Origin: Trichoplax adhaerens | Taxonomy: Eukaryota; Animalia; Placozoa | Assembly (NCBI RefSeq): GCF_000150275.1 | Contig: NW_002060944.1 | Coordinates: 8,321,360 to 8,385,359 of the forward strand | DNA: 64,000 nucleotides | Reading direction: 5' to 3' | In this document: positions 13,896 through 28,300 of the stretch, piece after piece | How the letters are laid out: every line of letters starts with the position of its first letter | Position numbering within the stretch: position 1 is the first letter of the stretch | Notes under the pieces: model-generated | Seen by the model: only the letters and a program-made list of their open reading frames with translations | The model's database searches: none | Told to the model about the DNA's origin: nothing | Made by a program: the position numbers and the translations under genes

Positions 13896-14704
13896 GGGAA
13901 AATTAACGATATGCCCCTATATAATATATACAGTATAATTAATTAATTAATGAATTCTAATTCGGTTCAATAATTATGATTATATTATACCTGATTCTAC
14001 CCTAATTCTATTATCGAGGTTTATCATTGCACGCCGCGTGGTACCGCTGACGTACAGTATGCAAGCAGTTCAAGTCTTTGCCGCAGAAAAGTTACAGTAC
14101 CTGAGTACCATACTGTAGATTGTACTAATGTCCACGAGAAAAATGGCGGCCAACGGTGGACCTCTAGGGATTTGAGTAATGCAGTACAGCACTCTAGGTA
14201 CTCAATCTGTACTGTTGTATATTGAGTTGACGCCAATATAAGAAGAAAAAGAGTCTCTGCCTACTACGGTCTAGTCAATCTGTCACATTAGAGCAAGTCT
14301 TGTTCGCTTAACTTCATCTGCCGTCAAGCATTGAACACTTTATTAGCGGAGCTAATTAAAGCATACGAGTTAAGGCATATAGCATTCACTACGACATAAC
14401 CGTGTTGTTGTTGAGATACGGTATTGCAAAAGTGCAACACCATGGCCTACTGGATAATCATGATAGCGCAATGTCTTTCCATGTCCATTGTAGCGCTTCC
14501 AGTAGGTGGACACCATACAGTGTACAGTCGGATTTGTTGACCATAATTGGTATTGATTTAGAATAAACGCACAGTAAAGAAGAGAAGAGTAAACTGGCGT
14601 GTCTTGGACAGTCTATCTAGAAAATTTGTCGCAGTTGCTACTTGAAAAAAATCCAATACAATACAAATACAAATTATAGGGGCATATCGTTAATTTTCTT
14701 TCCC
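13896..14704. mobile_element. Non-autonomous TIR element (MITE-like), TA-flanked
   Basis: Left end TA|GGGAAAATTAACGATATGCCCCTATA; right end TATAGGGGCATATCGTTAATTTTC(TTT)CCC|TA. The inverted match is perfect over 24 bp, and there is no internal transposase ORF. Confidence 0.7.
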
Positions 14705-16904
14705 TACAAATTACTATCCGCTGGCACCCCCCGCATGCGTAAAAATGCCCAACGTTCATGCATCCCAGCACTTGAGCATGGACTATTTTAAGGTTTCGAC
14801 CAGCATCGACAGTATAGTAGGGATCGCTGATACTCTATCGTCCAACCACTACTTCTATAGGGCCAATATCGATCTCTTGGCGTCTACATGTTACTCTCTA
14901 TAGGACATATACAGTATGTACATCGATTAACTTCAACAGTGCCTCCAACGCAAGCAGTGTAGAAAGAAAAGAATTATTAATGCGCTAACCTGATCCGCTT
15001 GCTTGAGAATTCACTGAAAGTTAGACATCCATTTGCTTAACCGTGTAAAGTCGAAAATTATTGTACAACATCATTACAACAAGATTGAAATTATAGCTAT
15101 TCATTTTGTGCAGGTGTTTGCCTAAAGTGTGTAATATATATTGCGTGACTGTTGGGCAAGGCGATCCAATCCAATGAAACGACTCATCCAGAGTAAGTTA
15201 ACCAGCTAAGTAACGTTAGAAGTCAATAAAGTGCAGTACGCATTTCTGTTTAGCCATTTCTCCTCAGTAAACGCGCATAATTTCAAATTGAATATGGACC
15301 CAATATCCATCATTACCTCGGTTATTTCAATAATATGCATCGACCTTAATTGTACTGAGTAGAATAGAGAAGAAAGGCAGATTATTAGAATTTTTGTTAC
15401 TGTCTAGAGGTCATATACATACAGTACGTGTACATGCCAGTCGGTTAGCCATTGACCGTTACGGAATGACATGTTAACAACTTTTTCAACATCACTTGAG
15501 AAAGCAAGTGTTGGTTATGAATCTAAATAACGCATGAAAATTTCATACAAGTAAATATTGTATTTTCAAGTAGCATCTTGTACATTGTTATCACATTTTA
15601 TTTATTATGGTCGCAAGGTTATTTTAGCAATCCTCTTTTAGGATGACACATCCAAAAGACGTTTTTGTTTTCTATCAACTTTACATGAAAAATGAAATTG
15701 TTATCGATTCCAACTCATCATTTATTAATACAATCGATTCATTATTTTTCCATTACTCAACTCAAGTGTGTACACTTATAGTTACTAAATGATAGTATGA
15801 ACGTGTAGGCTGAATACACTAGCTCTAGTATTGATATCTTTTCTCAGCGAAGAACTTTAATCGTCGTCTATATCTACTGTACTTACACGATGCAGTAACC
15901 AAACTTACTAGTCGTCAAAAGCTACAATTTCAACATTTTCAACGTGCTGACTTTAAAATAGACAAGGAAGCTTGTAATTATCCCTTTACTGTATGAATAT
16001 TGAATGATGCGTGATGAAGGTTTGCCCGCGTTGACGATTGTGGTTTCAGCGAATTAATAGTAATGATGCTTTGTCATTTCAGCTTATTGCACTATATAAT
16101 TGAGTCAAGTGTATTTATTTTGTTCAGAAAACTCTGCATTTAACCTAATAAGGACGTCCGTTGCTAATGTTGTGATCACAATTCAAATAGAATGTAATCA
16201 TTACATTACAAGTGATGCATCAGTGAGTGCTGGTAGAATTCTCGATCAACAGTACAAATTATTCTTCTACAATCAACACGCGATAGTCTATGAATCCAAT
16301 CATATTGATCGATTTGGATGCTCTCCACAGTAATATACAAGTACTTTTTTGCCTTTGATAGCTAGATGTAGAACTGTTGTGGACATCATACCTCGAACCG
16401 GCTACAAATTTCAATTCAAAACAATCACTACTTTTACTTTTAGTGAATTGAATGCTGATAGCCCTATTAGCGCTGAGTCGCATCCACTGGATGGTTAACA
16501 ATAATAATAATAATTCTAATTAATGAATTAATACTTAAAACGCCATACCATCTACGTGCAGTTGGTCGAGGTTGAAATTGCATTGTGTAACGTAAAGTAT
16601 GTGTTTTAAAATGGCAGTAACCTATGCTATGGTTGATTCTGATGGCTAGTCTATTTTTCATTTTTTGGGGGATTTATCCAGGACCTGGATTGTACAGTAC
16701 GTGTATCAATCTATCTTACGATTAAAGGTTTACCCAAAATTCAATTATTCTTTGGTGGAAAGCTAAGTGAAATCGCCCTGTCGACGTTGATCTGCGCGTA
16801 TTCAATTGATTGGATTGAAGTCGCCTCCTTGTTCAAAAAGTATTTCAACCATTGACTGTTTTCATCCAACACCTTGAGTGTGTGTGTGTGTCCATTTTCA
16901 AGTG

Positions 16905-19900
16905 ATGGCCATGTTATGCTGCGCCGGTGGTAGAAATACTAGTAATGATCCTGAATATGACATGAAACGTCGCAATAGTAAACTGATTGATAAAGAATTA
17001 TCCAAAGAGAAAAAATCTCGTGGGCGTCAAATTAAAATTTTGTTATTAGGTGCTGGCGAAAGTGGTAAGTCGACGTTTTTAAAACAAATGCGAATCATCC
17101 ATGGTGAAGAATATAGTCAAAAGGATCTTATGGAATTCAAGAACCTCATTTATGGCAATGTGGTGAAAAATATGCGTGTTCTAATTACTGCAAGGGATTC
17201 ACTGGGAATCAAATGGGCTAATGCAGATTATGAGGATTACGCCCAAGAATTGTTAGCAATTGATACCAAATCGACAGTATTCGATTATGCCGCATTTATG
17301 TCTTACGCTGGCAAAGTTGTCGATTTATGGCAAGATCGTGCAATACAGCAAACCTACGACAAAAGGAATCTTTACCAGCTGGTAATGTATCCAATAAATC
17401 ATTTAACAGCTTCATCGAAGCTGATATTAATTCATTATGAACTGGCATATCTCCAATTCTGTCCACTGTTGCACAATGTTGATGATAGCCATTGTTTTTC
17501 CACCGTACAGTACAGTCTATAGTCGACTGTTCTGCATGTCAGACGATTAAGGGGCAAAATGTTACTCTTGCCTTTCATGTCGTTCCTTGGCCTAAAATGG
17601 GCATTGTACTCGACCAGTGCATGAATGATATTTGTTTGACAAGAATCATTCTTGCCTAGGTTGCTTCTACTTCTTCTTCTTTTTCCCCCTCCCTCCTTTC
17701 TTTCTGTAATCCATTCGCTTGTACAGAGACTAATTTGCGCCTTGTTGCCTTACGTCGTCATCTCCTCACTTTCAGCTTCATTGACAACTGTAGAAACGCC
17801 TTTGTCTACGTCATAACACGACCTGAATCTACAGTCAGTGTACGTACACTCAGTACATTGTATTGTACAATACAATGTACTGTAATGTATGTACTGAGTT
17901 GAAAGGGGGGAAAAAAGACCTCCTCCAAACTCAATTTGCGACTACCGACCGACTGCAGTACAGACTTGAAAGTGAATTCATGCATGAGTCATACTGTACC
18001 AATATCCTGTAGTGGATGTTTCAGTACTGTAACCAAAGAGAAAGGATGTGCAGCACAAGACCTTGACAGTCGTAGTTGCAGTCGTCAAATGGAGTAAAAA
18101 CGCAATCCCAAGCCGCTACGGTAAAACCCGATCAAAGGATGGATTGATTTTCCAACCCGAAAGGAGTGCAATCGCCATACAAACACTGTCATTACCACAG
18201 AAAATCGGAACGATAAATGGCGCCCTCCAGTCCAGGCTTCGGGTTGATTCTTAACCACACTCGACTAGTTGTATTGTCTTGCATTAACCACACTCGACTA
18301 ATTGTACAGTATTGCATGACCCACACCGACATGGCGACATAGTGATGTTGCTGTTGGTCCACCTGCTCTCCACTTTTGGCTTGCGATGACAAGCAGACTA
18401 CCAAAGAAAAGCCTCTCTCTCTCTCTTTTCTTGAGTAGTTGCTGCTAGAAGCTTGTCTGTGGTGCTAGAGTAGGCTTTCTACTGTACAGTAGATAGGCAA
18501 GTTTTCCACAGCTTTTATGGAGCGTTTTTGCATCGACTGTCAAAGTGTCCAGCAGTAGTTCACTCGACTGTAATGGAGTCTATTCTTGACTGTAGGTAAA
18601 TTGTACCAATGCATGCATGACTGAGTCACAGGATGCCATCAACAATTCACAACAATATCAAAATGAAATGATAATTAAGAATAAGAAATGAAAGTTTGTA
18701 GTCAATGCATCAATTCACGTAGCTTGCACGCAATCATTTTGTAACGTATTGTGCCCAACCAACTGGACAGTACAATCCAATTCTACAAATAAACTCCAAT
18801 GGGGACGCGTAGTGAAGAAGAAAATGCCATTTCTCTTATGCTAGACTACAACGTCAGCGACGTAGGACAGGATGCTTGTTTTGCAAGGGTAGAATGATCG
18901 TTAAAACAGTTCATGAGCTTTCTCCACTGATGCCATCGTCTACCATTGGATTCGAAGAAATTGAAATGAAATACTCTACCTTGTATCCGACGTGCCATAG
19001 GCATTTGTTACGCTATAGAACTCCTCTTCCAACAATGGTACAGTTCAACTCATACAGGTTAAAAAAACATCTCCATTCTTCAACCTTGATTCTGTAGTAA
19101 CCGGTCACAACTGTATGATGAAGAGGCAGAACTATAGCAAAGGAAATCCTGTGGTGCATCGGTTAAAAGTCATTTTATCGCAATCTTCTTTTCATCAAAG
19201 GGTACATCAAGCTATAATGAATGAATTCGAAAAAAACCATTTCAGTAATATGGTTGCAACAAAAACTGTCCAATTCTACCTTATAACATAGCCTAGGATA
19301 CTCTCCAGTGCTCCATCCAATCCTATTGTTGATTTAGGACCTTGAGTGGGTTTACACTTCCAATGATAGATACGTATACAGTAGAGCAGTGGACAGGGTT
19401 AGACTTAGTGTAGAACAGACATGCAATACACTATCTACCGAATCCATAACTATAAATCATTACTGCTAAAATTAGACTACAAGTGCAACTGTAATAATTG
19501 GCACCAACTTATCATCCTTACAATCTTCTACTTTAATCGATCCATCTCTTATAATATACGTACTTATATAATCGTATCCATCTTTTCCTAGTTAAATACC
19601 CAGTAAGTGATTATCCTACAGGAGGCCATCAAAAAATAATTATAATGTCATCGACTATTCTTGCAGTAATGCAAATCATACTACTGTAAACACTCGCTAA
19701 TCTATACCGACAATAATAGAAGTATTCTCTTATGCATTGTGCATTAATGTAGTATAGGTACTGTATCCATGTAAATTTTCATTTATAACTCGATCCGTCT
19801 TCAGTACAGTGTGCATAAGCCCAATTTTTAGATACAAACATAGGCATAGATTAATGTTTATTCTATTGCAATGCTATCCTAGAATGCTGTTATATGGCTG

Positions 19901-21572
19901 ACCTTTCTTGACTGGAGTCGGTCAATGAGCTACACAACCAGGGCACTCCGATTCATTCTGCAATAATTACACCGTCAAATCATATCATTTATCAAATGAG
20001 ATACTTTTATAGTACAAGTCGTCACACATGTGCAAACGAACTGCCCGAACAACTAATAACTCAATAGCCAACTGATTAAAAAACTAGCTATATATTTGCA
20101 ATGGATTAAGTACTGATAACTTTAATCGCTTGACTCAATACGATCTAGACGGGTAGTAACATTGACTACACATACTACGACTATAGTCAAGGCAATAACA
20201 CGGTTGTATTGTATATATATATAACATATATATATATAATTACAACAAATGCATAAAATGAATATTCAGTATTTTCTAATAAAGTGCTAACATACTACTT
20301 CATCAATTGGATATATTTTTTAAGCTCTCACTCTTTGTAGAATATAGTCACATTAGAGTAAAGTAACTGCATTTTGAAAAAATTTCTTTCTTTTAAAATA
20401 GAGCGATTCAACATATTATTTCATGGATCGAATGAAAAGTCTGATGGATAAGGTAACTCAAAATTTTACTTACGTAGCTATAGCATATCATTACATTGCG
20501 TATTGACTTACAGATCTTGGTGTAAATTAATTATTAACTACTCGTTTATGACGACATTGTAATCATTGACTTAGTAATGATTTCTACTAGTACTGATCTG
20601 CTTATATTGTAGTTCAACATGGATGTACTCTTGCCAAGTAGTAACATACGTATATATCGTTGCTATGTGGTACACATTCTAGTCATGTAGATATTACACT
20701 TAACAGTCTAGTAGCGTTATATTGATTCATTCCTGTATCCCTTCTTACAATTATCGCTGTCTCTTGCATTCACTTTACAAGTAGTACTATGACAAATACT
20801 AATATGGATTGGATCTCTGCTACCATCTGCAGACATGATTAAGAGTTTTATTAATGTCAACGTTTACAATACCACTGTTTGCTATCATAAAACATAAATA
20901 AACTATAAATTTGGCTTATACTATAAAAGTCTTAAAGTTATGTTCAAATCTAAGACGCATTGTAGACTGTTGAAAGTTCTTCCAATAATTTTTTCCATAT
21001 AGGCTTATGTACCAACGAAACAAGACGTTTTAAGATCACGTAAAGCTACGACTAATATCGTTGAACTAACTTTGAATATCAATCGGGTTCCGTTCACTTT
21101 TGTCGACGTTGGTGGTCAAAGATCGCAAAGGCGCAAATGGCTACAGTGCTTTGAAGGTGTAACATCAGTTTTGTTTTTGGTTTCATCGTGTGCATACGAT
21201 CAGGTCTTACTAGAAGATAATAGAACGAATCGAATTGTTGAATCCTGCCAGATATTTGATACAATAATCAATAATAAGTTTTTCGCAAAAGTAGCCATCA
21301 TCTTATTCTTCAATAAGACTGACATCTTGATAGAAAAAGTTTCACTTGTCAGCATAAAAGATTACTTCCCGGAGTTTAGCCGTGATCCTAAGAAGATTGA
21401 AGACGTTAAGCATTTCTTGATCACTATGTTTGAAAAAGTGAGCAATGATCAAAAGCGTGGACTTTATCATCACTTCACTACTGCTACTGACACTGAAAAC
21501 ATTAAATTCGTCTTCAATGCTGTCAGAGAAATGATCTTGGAAGAAAATATGAGTATATTGATGCTACAGTGA
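16905..21572 (+). CDS. GNA12: Heterotrimeric G protein alpha subunit, G12/13 class (canonical), 365 aa; exons 16905-17381, 20402-20452, 21003-21572
   Basis: Motifs GAGESGKST, RSRKAT, DVGGQRSQRRKW, NKTD and TTATDT. C-terminus ILEENMSILMLQ is G12/13 type, the N-terminus has CC, and there is a 51-nt middle exon as in the family. GNA12 versus GNA13 orthology cannot be separated. Confidence 0.93.
18253..18330. repeat. 33-bp tandem repeat, ~2.3 copies, in G-alpha intron 1
   Basis: AACCACACTCGACTA(G/A)TTGTA...TTGCAT occurs twice, followed by a partial copy. Confidence 0.8.
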
Positions 21573-24500
21573 AATGCTTTAACATTACAAATTACGAATT
21601 TTACTGGAAACATAAAATACTTCTCTATGTCCGTTATAGTAATGTTTACATATCAGTAATCGATACTCTTTAGTGTATTTAACTGACCATAACAAAACTA
21701 CCATCAATAAATTACACCATGGTTGATCTAATGGATAATAATATTGTATACATAGTGGAAATAACTATTGCAATTTTTTTGTCTGCAGATTTATTCGCTT
21801 CTGTATATCGTTTAAACTTGCTTATTTTTATCATTGTATAAGCAGCACTGTTATAAGATGAATTCGATAGTTAATTTAAAAAAAAACTCATCATTTATTT
21901 TATTTGTATCTGTTAAGGTTTACAACCATTGTAGTCGTTCCAGTATCTTATACTCTTAACCACAATACTCATGTTGTTATTGGGCTAGTATCTGGATATA
22001 TAAATTGCAATTTCTATTGTATCTGCTATGGTAAATCACTACCATATTTTAACGTCATCAAGAATAGTTTATCATTTCTTGGGCAGAGTGATATCTATAT
22101 TGTCACGCATTTAGAAAGGAACTGTCCTTATTCAAACAATTTTATCAACATTGTTTTGATATACAATTGTATTGATCTAATTAGCTATCATTTTCTACTG
22201 TGCTATCATGTACCTATCTCCTATTGTCTCTCTCATTCTTTTGGCAAGTCACTCTTAGAAAATCTATTAATGTCTAGAATTCTACACTAACCTTCTGTTA
22301 TAAATCAGTCAACTATTTTGCTCTTATAGCTAGTGTGTTGTTGTACTTGAGTAAAAGGTATCGCGTAGGAAATTTCTTTTTGCACCAAAAACGGCATATT
22401 GGAATGCCTGATGTGTATTTTAATACGACATTGAGTGTGATATAACTACTTGCTTATTTGATTATCTGTACCATTCCTCTCATGTCTCTATGAATTTTTC
22501 GGGAAACTAATAGTTAAATTATTGCTTGCTTATATTGATATACTACTCACAGTTAAGATAAAGATTGTCTTAATCATTGTATACTATTGTAGTATAGATC
22601 GAATTTTACTTTCACAAGGTTTTAATGAATATCAGGGTGTATCGTGTAGTTATAAATTTTGATATTAAAGCTTTCTTTTATTCGGACACAAGTAGCATGC
22701 AAATACTACAAGAAATGTATCTTGATATACTTGTTAAAATCAGAAATATCACCTTTAGTGTTGGATACAGTTAACTAGATAATTGTTTGATAAATCAAAC
22801 CGAAGTTGATACGGCTTGTATGTGTTACCATAATATAATATTAATTTAAGGGAATACATGTCATTATATACTTCAAATAATTAATGGCTTTCATTTACAC
22901 ATAATATCAACATTGATCCCAACTTTAAATATGTGACATCATCATAAACAAGGTAGAAATCAAGATTCTGAACAACGACTTCATTAATAATACAACGGGT
23001 AATATTAGTGGACTATTGTTTTAGCCTAGATGGAGTAAAACTTAAGTAAGGTACTGACCAATATTCAAATGATTCGACTTTCAACAAATTCTATTCAATG
23101 ATTTCCTTGATTTCGTTAATTTACTTAAAGAGTATTGTATGCTACCATTCTATTAATTATATAACATATTATATTAAAGTACTCTAGCTAAGGTACGGTA
23201 AAAATTATATGGGAAGATGTCAACTATCACTCAGACCAATAACAAATTTATTTAATGATTGTTTTCCTGTTTGATTATTCTAGTTACCAAATGCAGTATG
23301 CCATATGCGACAAATAGGAAAATACGATAAACTAAAGATTATATTCTTGCTGTTAATTATGAATGTGCAAAGCATGTTAAAAGATGCAATAACGTTCGCG
23401 ATAATACCATAGTTTTATTCTTACACGTGCATTATTTCTAAAATTAATGTACTACCTACGAGCAGTATGATTGCTAGCGAGACGATTATTCAGCAATAAA
23501 TCCTTGCGGTCGAGGTATCTAAGATTAAATACTGTATATTTTATGGAATCAATTGATGTAATTTCTTATATAACATTACTGTTACTAATAGTTACTTTAC
23601 CTTTTATTGTGATATTTAAACACTCAGATTGTATCTGTGTACTATCATTGCTTAGATAAATGCGAATAAATATCGTACCAGGACTATTAAAAGTAGCCTC
23701 TGATTTATTATTTGCAATGTTCATTGTAATATTAGATGAATGCACAGTAAAATATACAGTATGCTGGTTGATACTTGCTAGTCTAAGGCAAACAAAAAAA
23801 TTGAATACTTTCATATAATTGAAAAAGTATCAATTTCCTCATTAGTAAGGGATTACAATCAAAGTCTATATCCATTTGTATTATGATTACAATTTATAAA
23901 TTAATCAATAGTTTTCATATAACCTAATAAGCAAATAGATTTGTATATTCTGGAATCTTTTATTTTAAATAAAAGATTTCAATATGATATTATGCTGTAT
24001 AGCTTGAACAGCTTCTTAACGTATTAAGAGGATACATCATAAAAAGCTAACTTATTGCTTCTTCAGATATTACGCTACCAAATCAGTATTCCACTAAGAT
24101 CTACTCATACACATATACTATTATCCAAGCGTAGACGTCCTAGATATATGAAATTATTTTTTCGAAATATGCGATAACAACTATTTGAGACAATAATATT
24201 TCGAGTTCGGTTATTAATTTATTTTTTTATGCATGTTTTATTTCGTAGCCATGATGTCCTTTAGCAGAGCATAAACTTATAAAATTGTAAAGGTTAACTT
24301 TAGACTTCAATTAATCAACGCTAAACTTTTAGATTTATATCGATATATTACTAGATGATATAGCATTGAGAAAACAACACCTAAATATTAATTATCAATG
24401 ATAAATAGAAGATTTCTGTCTGGTAGCGCCTTGTGGTTATTAATAACATATTAATAACGCTATGAGTGCCGTTAACTTTGATAGTAATTCGATATATATT

Positions 24501-25381
24501 CTTTGTTAACAATAAACTTATGCATCAGCATGCATATCAGATCATCGCTATAGGACATACAAGAAAAGAAGAATACTACAAATAGGTTGATCCTATTGAT
24601 TTCAGTTGCCAGACGTATAGAAACATTATCCAGTTGGATAATTTCCCACACTATTGTCATAACATTACCAAGTCAGCATCAGTTGTAGGGTACGTCCAAT
24701 GGGAAAAGATACAACTTACTAGATAAAATCTATTTATAAAATAATTTTAAAATTACCTTGGTATTGTGTTTTCAAAACGTATCGGACGATGACATTTGTT
24801 AGACGGATATATCCAATTGATGAAAAGTAGCATTATTAACAAGCTGTCTGAATTACTGCTATATGCAAAAGTATAATAACTCGTACCCTATAAGCTTTAT
24901 ATAGGTATTAATTTTCTTATATTAGAGCTTTAACTATTACTATAATTTTATCATTGTCAGTATGTTTAGTGTTACACACGCGGAATATGCTTAAGTCAAT
25001 GCCTTATCTTCGTTAATAGTTGGTTCATATCACTGGGAATGATAATTTGAATAAAAATTTAAAAGTCCTTATCCAAAGAAAAAGGTTTTGCAAATTGTAA
25101 TAGGATTATTGATGTACAAATGGCTAATATTAGATAAAATTTTTGTAGGCTATTAGTATATCAAATTGAATTTCAACAAGGGATTGGTTATTAATTTTAT
25201 TCTTACCCTTTCGTTACTTCAGGGCCACTTTTGATAGCCAAGCGTATCAATACTTAAGGTAGGATTTTAAGATACTCATGTTGCCTGCATTTCTGTTATA
25301 TATTAACATAATATTAAGCATATACAAACTTATTTATAGAATATATCGAATTATTACCTTATTTTAATCAAGATTGAAGAG

Positions 25382-28300
25382 ATGGATACTGTTTTATGCT
25401 TTAAAGCAAATAGCGAACGTCGAGAACAAATTCGACACAGTAAAATTATTGATCAAGAAATCCTACAAGAAAGAACAGAGTACTACAAAACGATTAAGAT
25501 ATTACTATTAGGAGCTAGCGAATGCGGAAAATCAACATTTTTAAAACAAATGAGGATTTTACACGGCCAAGATTTTGACGTCCAAGATTTATTGGAATTT
25601 CGTTCCATTATATATGGTAACATAATTCGAATTATGAAAGTTTTAGTCACAGCGAGACGAAGTTTTGAAATTCAGTGGAAAGATTCTTCTCATCAAAACT
25701 ATGCCGATCAAATTTTAAACTTTAATACTAAAGTAAATGAAATTGAGCCGCATGAATTTGTCGCAGTGGTTGATATGATTCGGGAGTTATGGTTAGACGA
25801 GGCAATTCAAGAAACTTATCGACGAAGAAATGAATACATATTGGTAATAAAACTGAAATTAGCTTGCTAAGGCCTAGTTCAAATATAAAATTGTCGCTCA
25901 TACTTTATGATAGATCTTTAATTTCAAGCTACAGGATAGTCTAATGATTTTTGCATTTATTGATATTCTACCCAAGTAGCTAATTTTTACTTTGAGCTAT
26001 TGCTTATGATAAGCAGATTTACTTTGGGTTTACATATATATTCCTATCATTTAATAATAATGATGAGATAATCTAGATTGCAGATGAAATAGCCGTAGGG
26101 AACCGTCTAATAACGAACAGATTTTTTGTTGCTAAAAATTAGTTGTTATTGATATGAGGCATTTTTCTACCGTACTTTGTTTCAAGGAGATTAGATTGAT
26201 TTATACTGTAGTATATGCATATGATTCACATTATCTAGAGCATTATTCGCCGCCAATATAATTGCCAGATCGAGTGCTTTAAACTATCATTAATATCTAA
26301 GTAGTGTACCTTATATATTTTTTGAAACGTTGCTTGGTAACGTAGTCATTAAGAAGACATAAAAAATTTGACTTTATGGTATTAATCCTGAGTTAAATCC
26401 GCAATGATACACAAAAAGTATCGAATGGAGTTTCGTAGATATGAATTGTATCTTCTATCCGGAAATAATTATCAAAATGACGTAAAACCATCAATATTAC
26501 ACATTCATTTATATTATGTTATTTTCTTATGGATATATTAGCATTCTACATATATTATAAATGCAACTAATTCCTTTTATATACGTATTATTTTAAGTGA
26601 AGGCTTTGCCTGATCGAGGTTATCGTTCATCACTAAAATTTGTTAGGTTATGAACATAAGATGTAGGAAAATGATACCGTGATAGCGGTTAATTCTAAGG
26701 CTTTCGCTTATCTGTAGCAAGAAAAAAATATTTTTATCAAAGTATTAAAAAGTTAATGCAGGTTCATTCAGGGGTTCTGCCATTTGACTAATCTGTGGTG
26801 CTCTGATTTTGTACCAAATCAATCGTATTATCAAGGATACTAAAATATCACACGTTATAGATTCTGTATTACTCTCTTGTCTATGTGCTCATTCAATGGC
26901 TTTCGATCCCCTTTAGCTATGAAAAAACAATTTCATCAAAGTATTATAAAATTATAGCGTGGGTTAATTCAGGCGTTCCAGTATTTAACTCCTTTAATTG
27001 TCCTCTGATTTTATACTAGATCAGTCAGATTATCAAGGAAAGTAAAACATCGCTCATTATAGATGCACCATTACTTCCTTAGGTGACAAGCGGCCAGCGG
27101 TAGAAAATTTGTTTACTCTACTTTCGCCAATAGTTCTCAAAGCTGCCACCATTTCGAAGCTACTGATCGTAGGACGTACTTTTATTTAGTATTATTCATC
27201 AACGACAGCGGTTGTTTAAATGGAATATAACCTCACGGTCTTTGCCTCAATTATTCATAAAATTTAACGTGATTATGCACTGTTATATGTATTGTCGTCG
27301 TGATTCGACAACATATTAAGTCAAAATCGCACAAATAAAGTAGCTAAAATTAGAATTTAATGATAATCATTGAAGTAAAATAAGGTATGACTAGTTTGTG
27401 AACTCTTCCTTTATTAAGTAAAATGGATTAGATAGGGTAAAATAATAAAACTAGAGGATTAGTTCGTATTTCATCTTTCAGTTAAATAGTTTATAAGTTT
27501 TCCTAGCAATAATATAACTATAAGGCTATCTTGCGTACTTCGAATCATAGTCCTAATAATTTAAACGCTATTTACATCGACTAGTATGTCGTACTTAATG
27601 TTAATCTTTAATCCTTTTTAGCGGCATTTCTTTGTCATAGTTTTCAATAGCTAAAATTACTAATGTATGATTTATGGAAACAGGAGTTCGTAATTTATTG
27701 CTTTCAGAAGGTTTATGCAGCTAGTTAGGATGTATTCTGACAATTCTACTGAATAAACGATTGATGAAATATCCAACTTTAGCCATGTTAAAATATATAA
27801 ATTATCTATATAACTTATCCTATAAAGTTAGCATAGTGAAAGAATTTATACTAAAAAATTTATATATATATAGTAGTATCCATGGAACCATTTATGTTTA
27901 AGAGGAATGAAAATACTTCTATCTCTATTTCTATTTGATTGCCAAATGACTGACACCGATGTCTTGCATTCGCTTTTATTCTGCAGGCAGATTCAACGAA
28001 ATATTTCATGGATAGGCTAGAAGTTATTGGCAAGGAGGTGATTATAAAATTATAACAGCAGCTTACCATTTATTTCATTTTGTTCTCCTGTTAATTTTTA
28101 ATCTTAACGAAATGGAGAACGAAGGTAAGCTGACTTAGATATACAGTGGATTAATTAATAATTGCCACATTAGGAAACAATTTCGACACATTCTTGTTAA
28201 CATTAGATATCATTTAAAAGGATTCTAATTTCTTTGGTTATTTCATGTTTCGTTGACATTTACTTTAATTGTGCGCTAATATGTCTTGATTGATGGTGTT

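Noticed and set aside
21904-24660. Short ORFs between the G-alpha genes
   Set aside because: No recognisable motifs or splice-linked frames; consistent with 3' UTR and AT-rich intergenic DNA.
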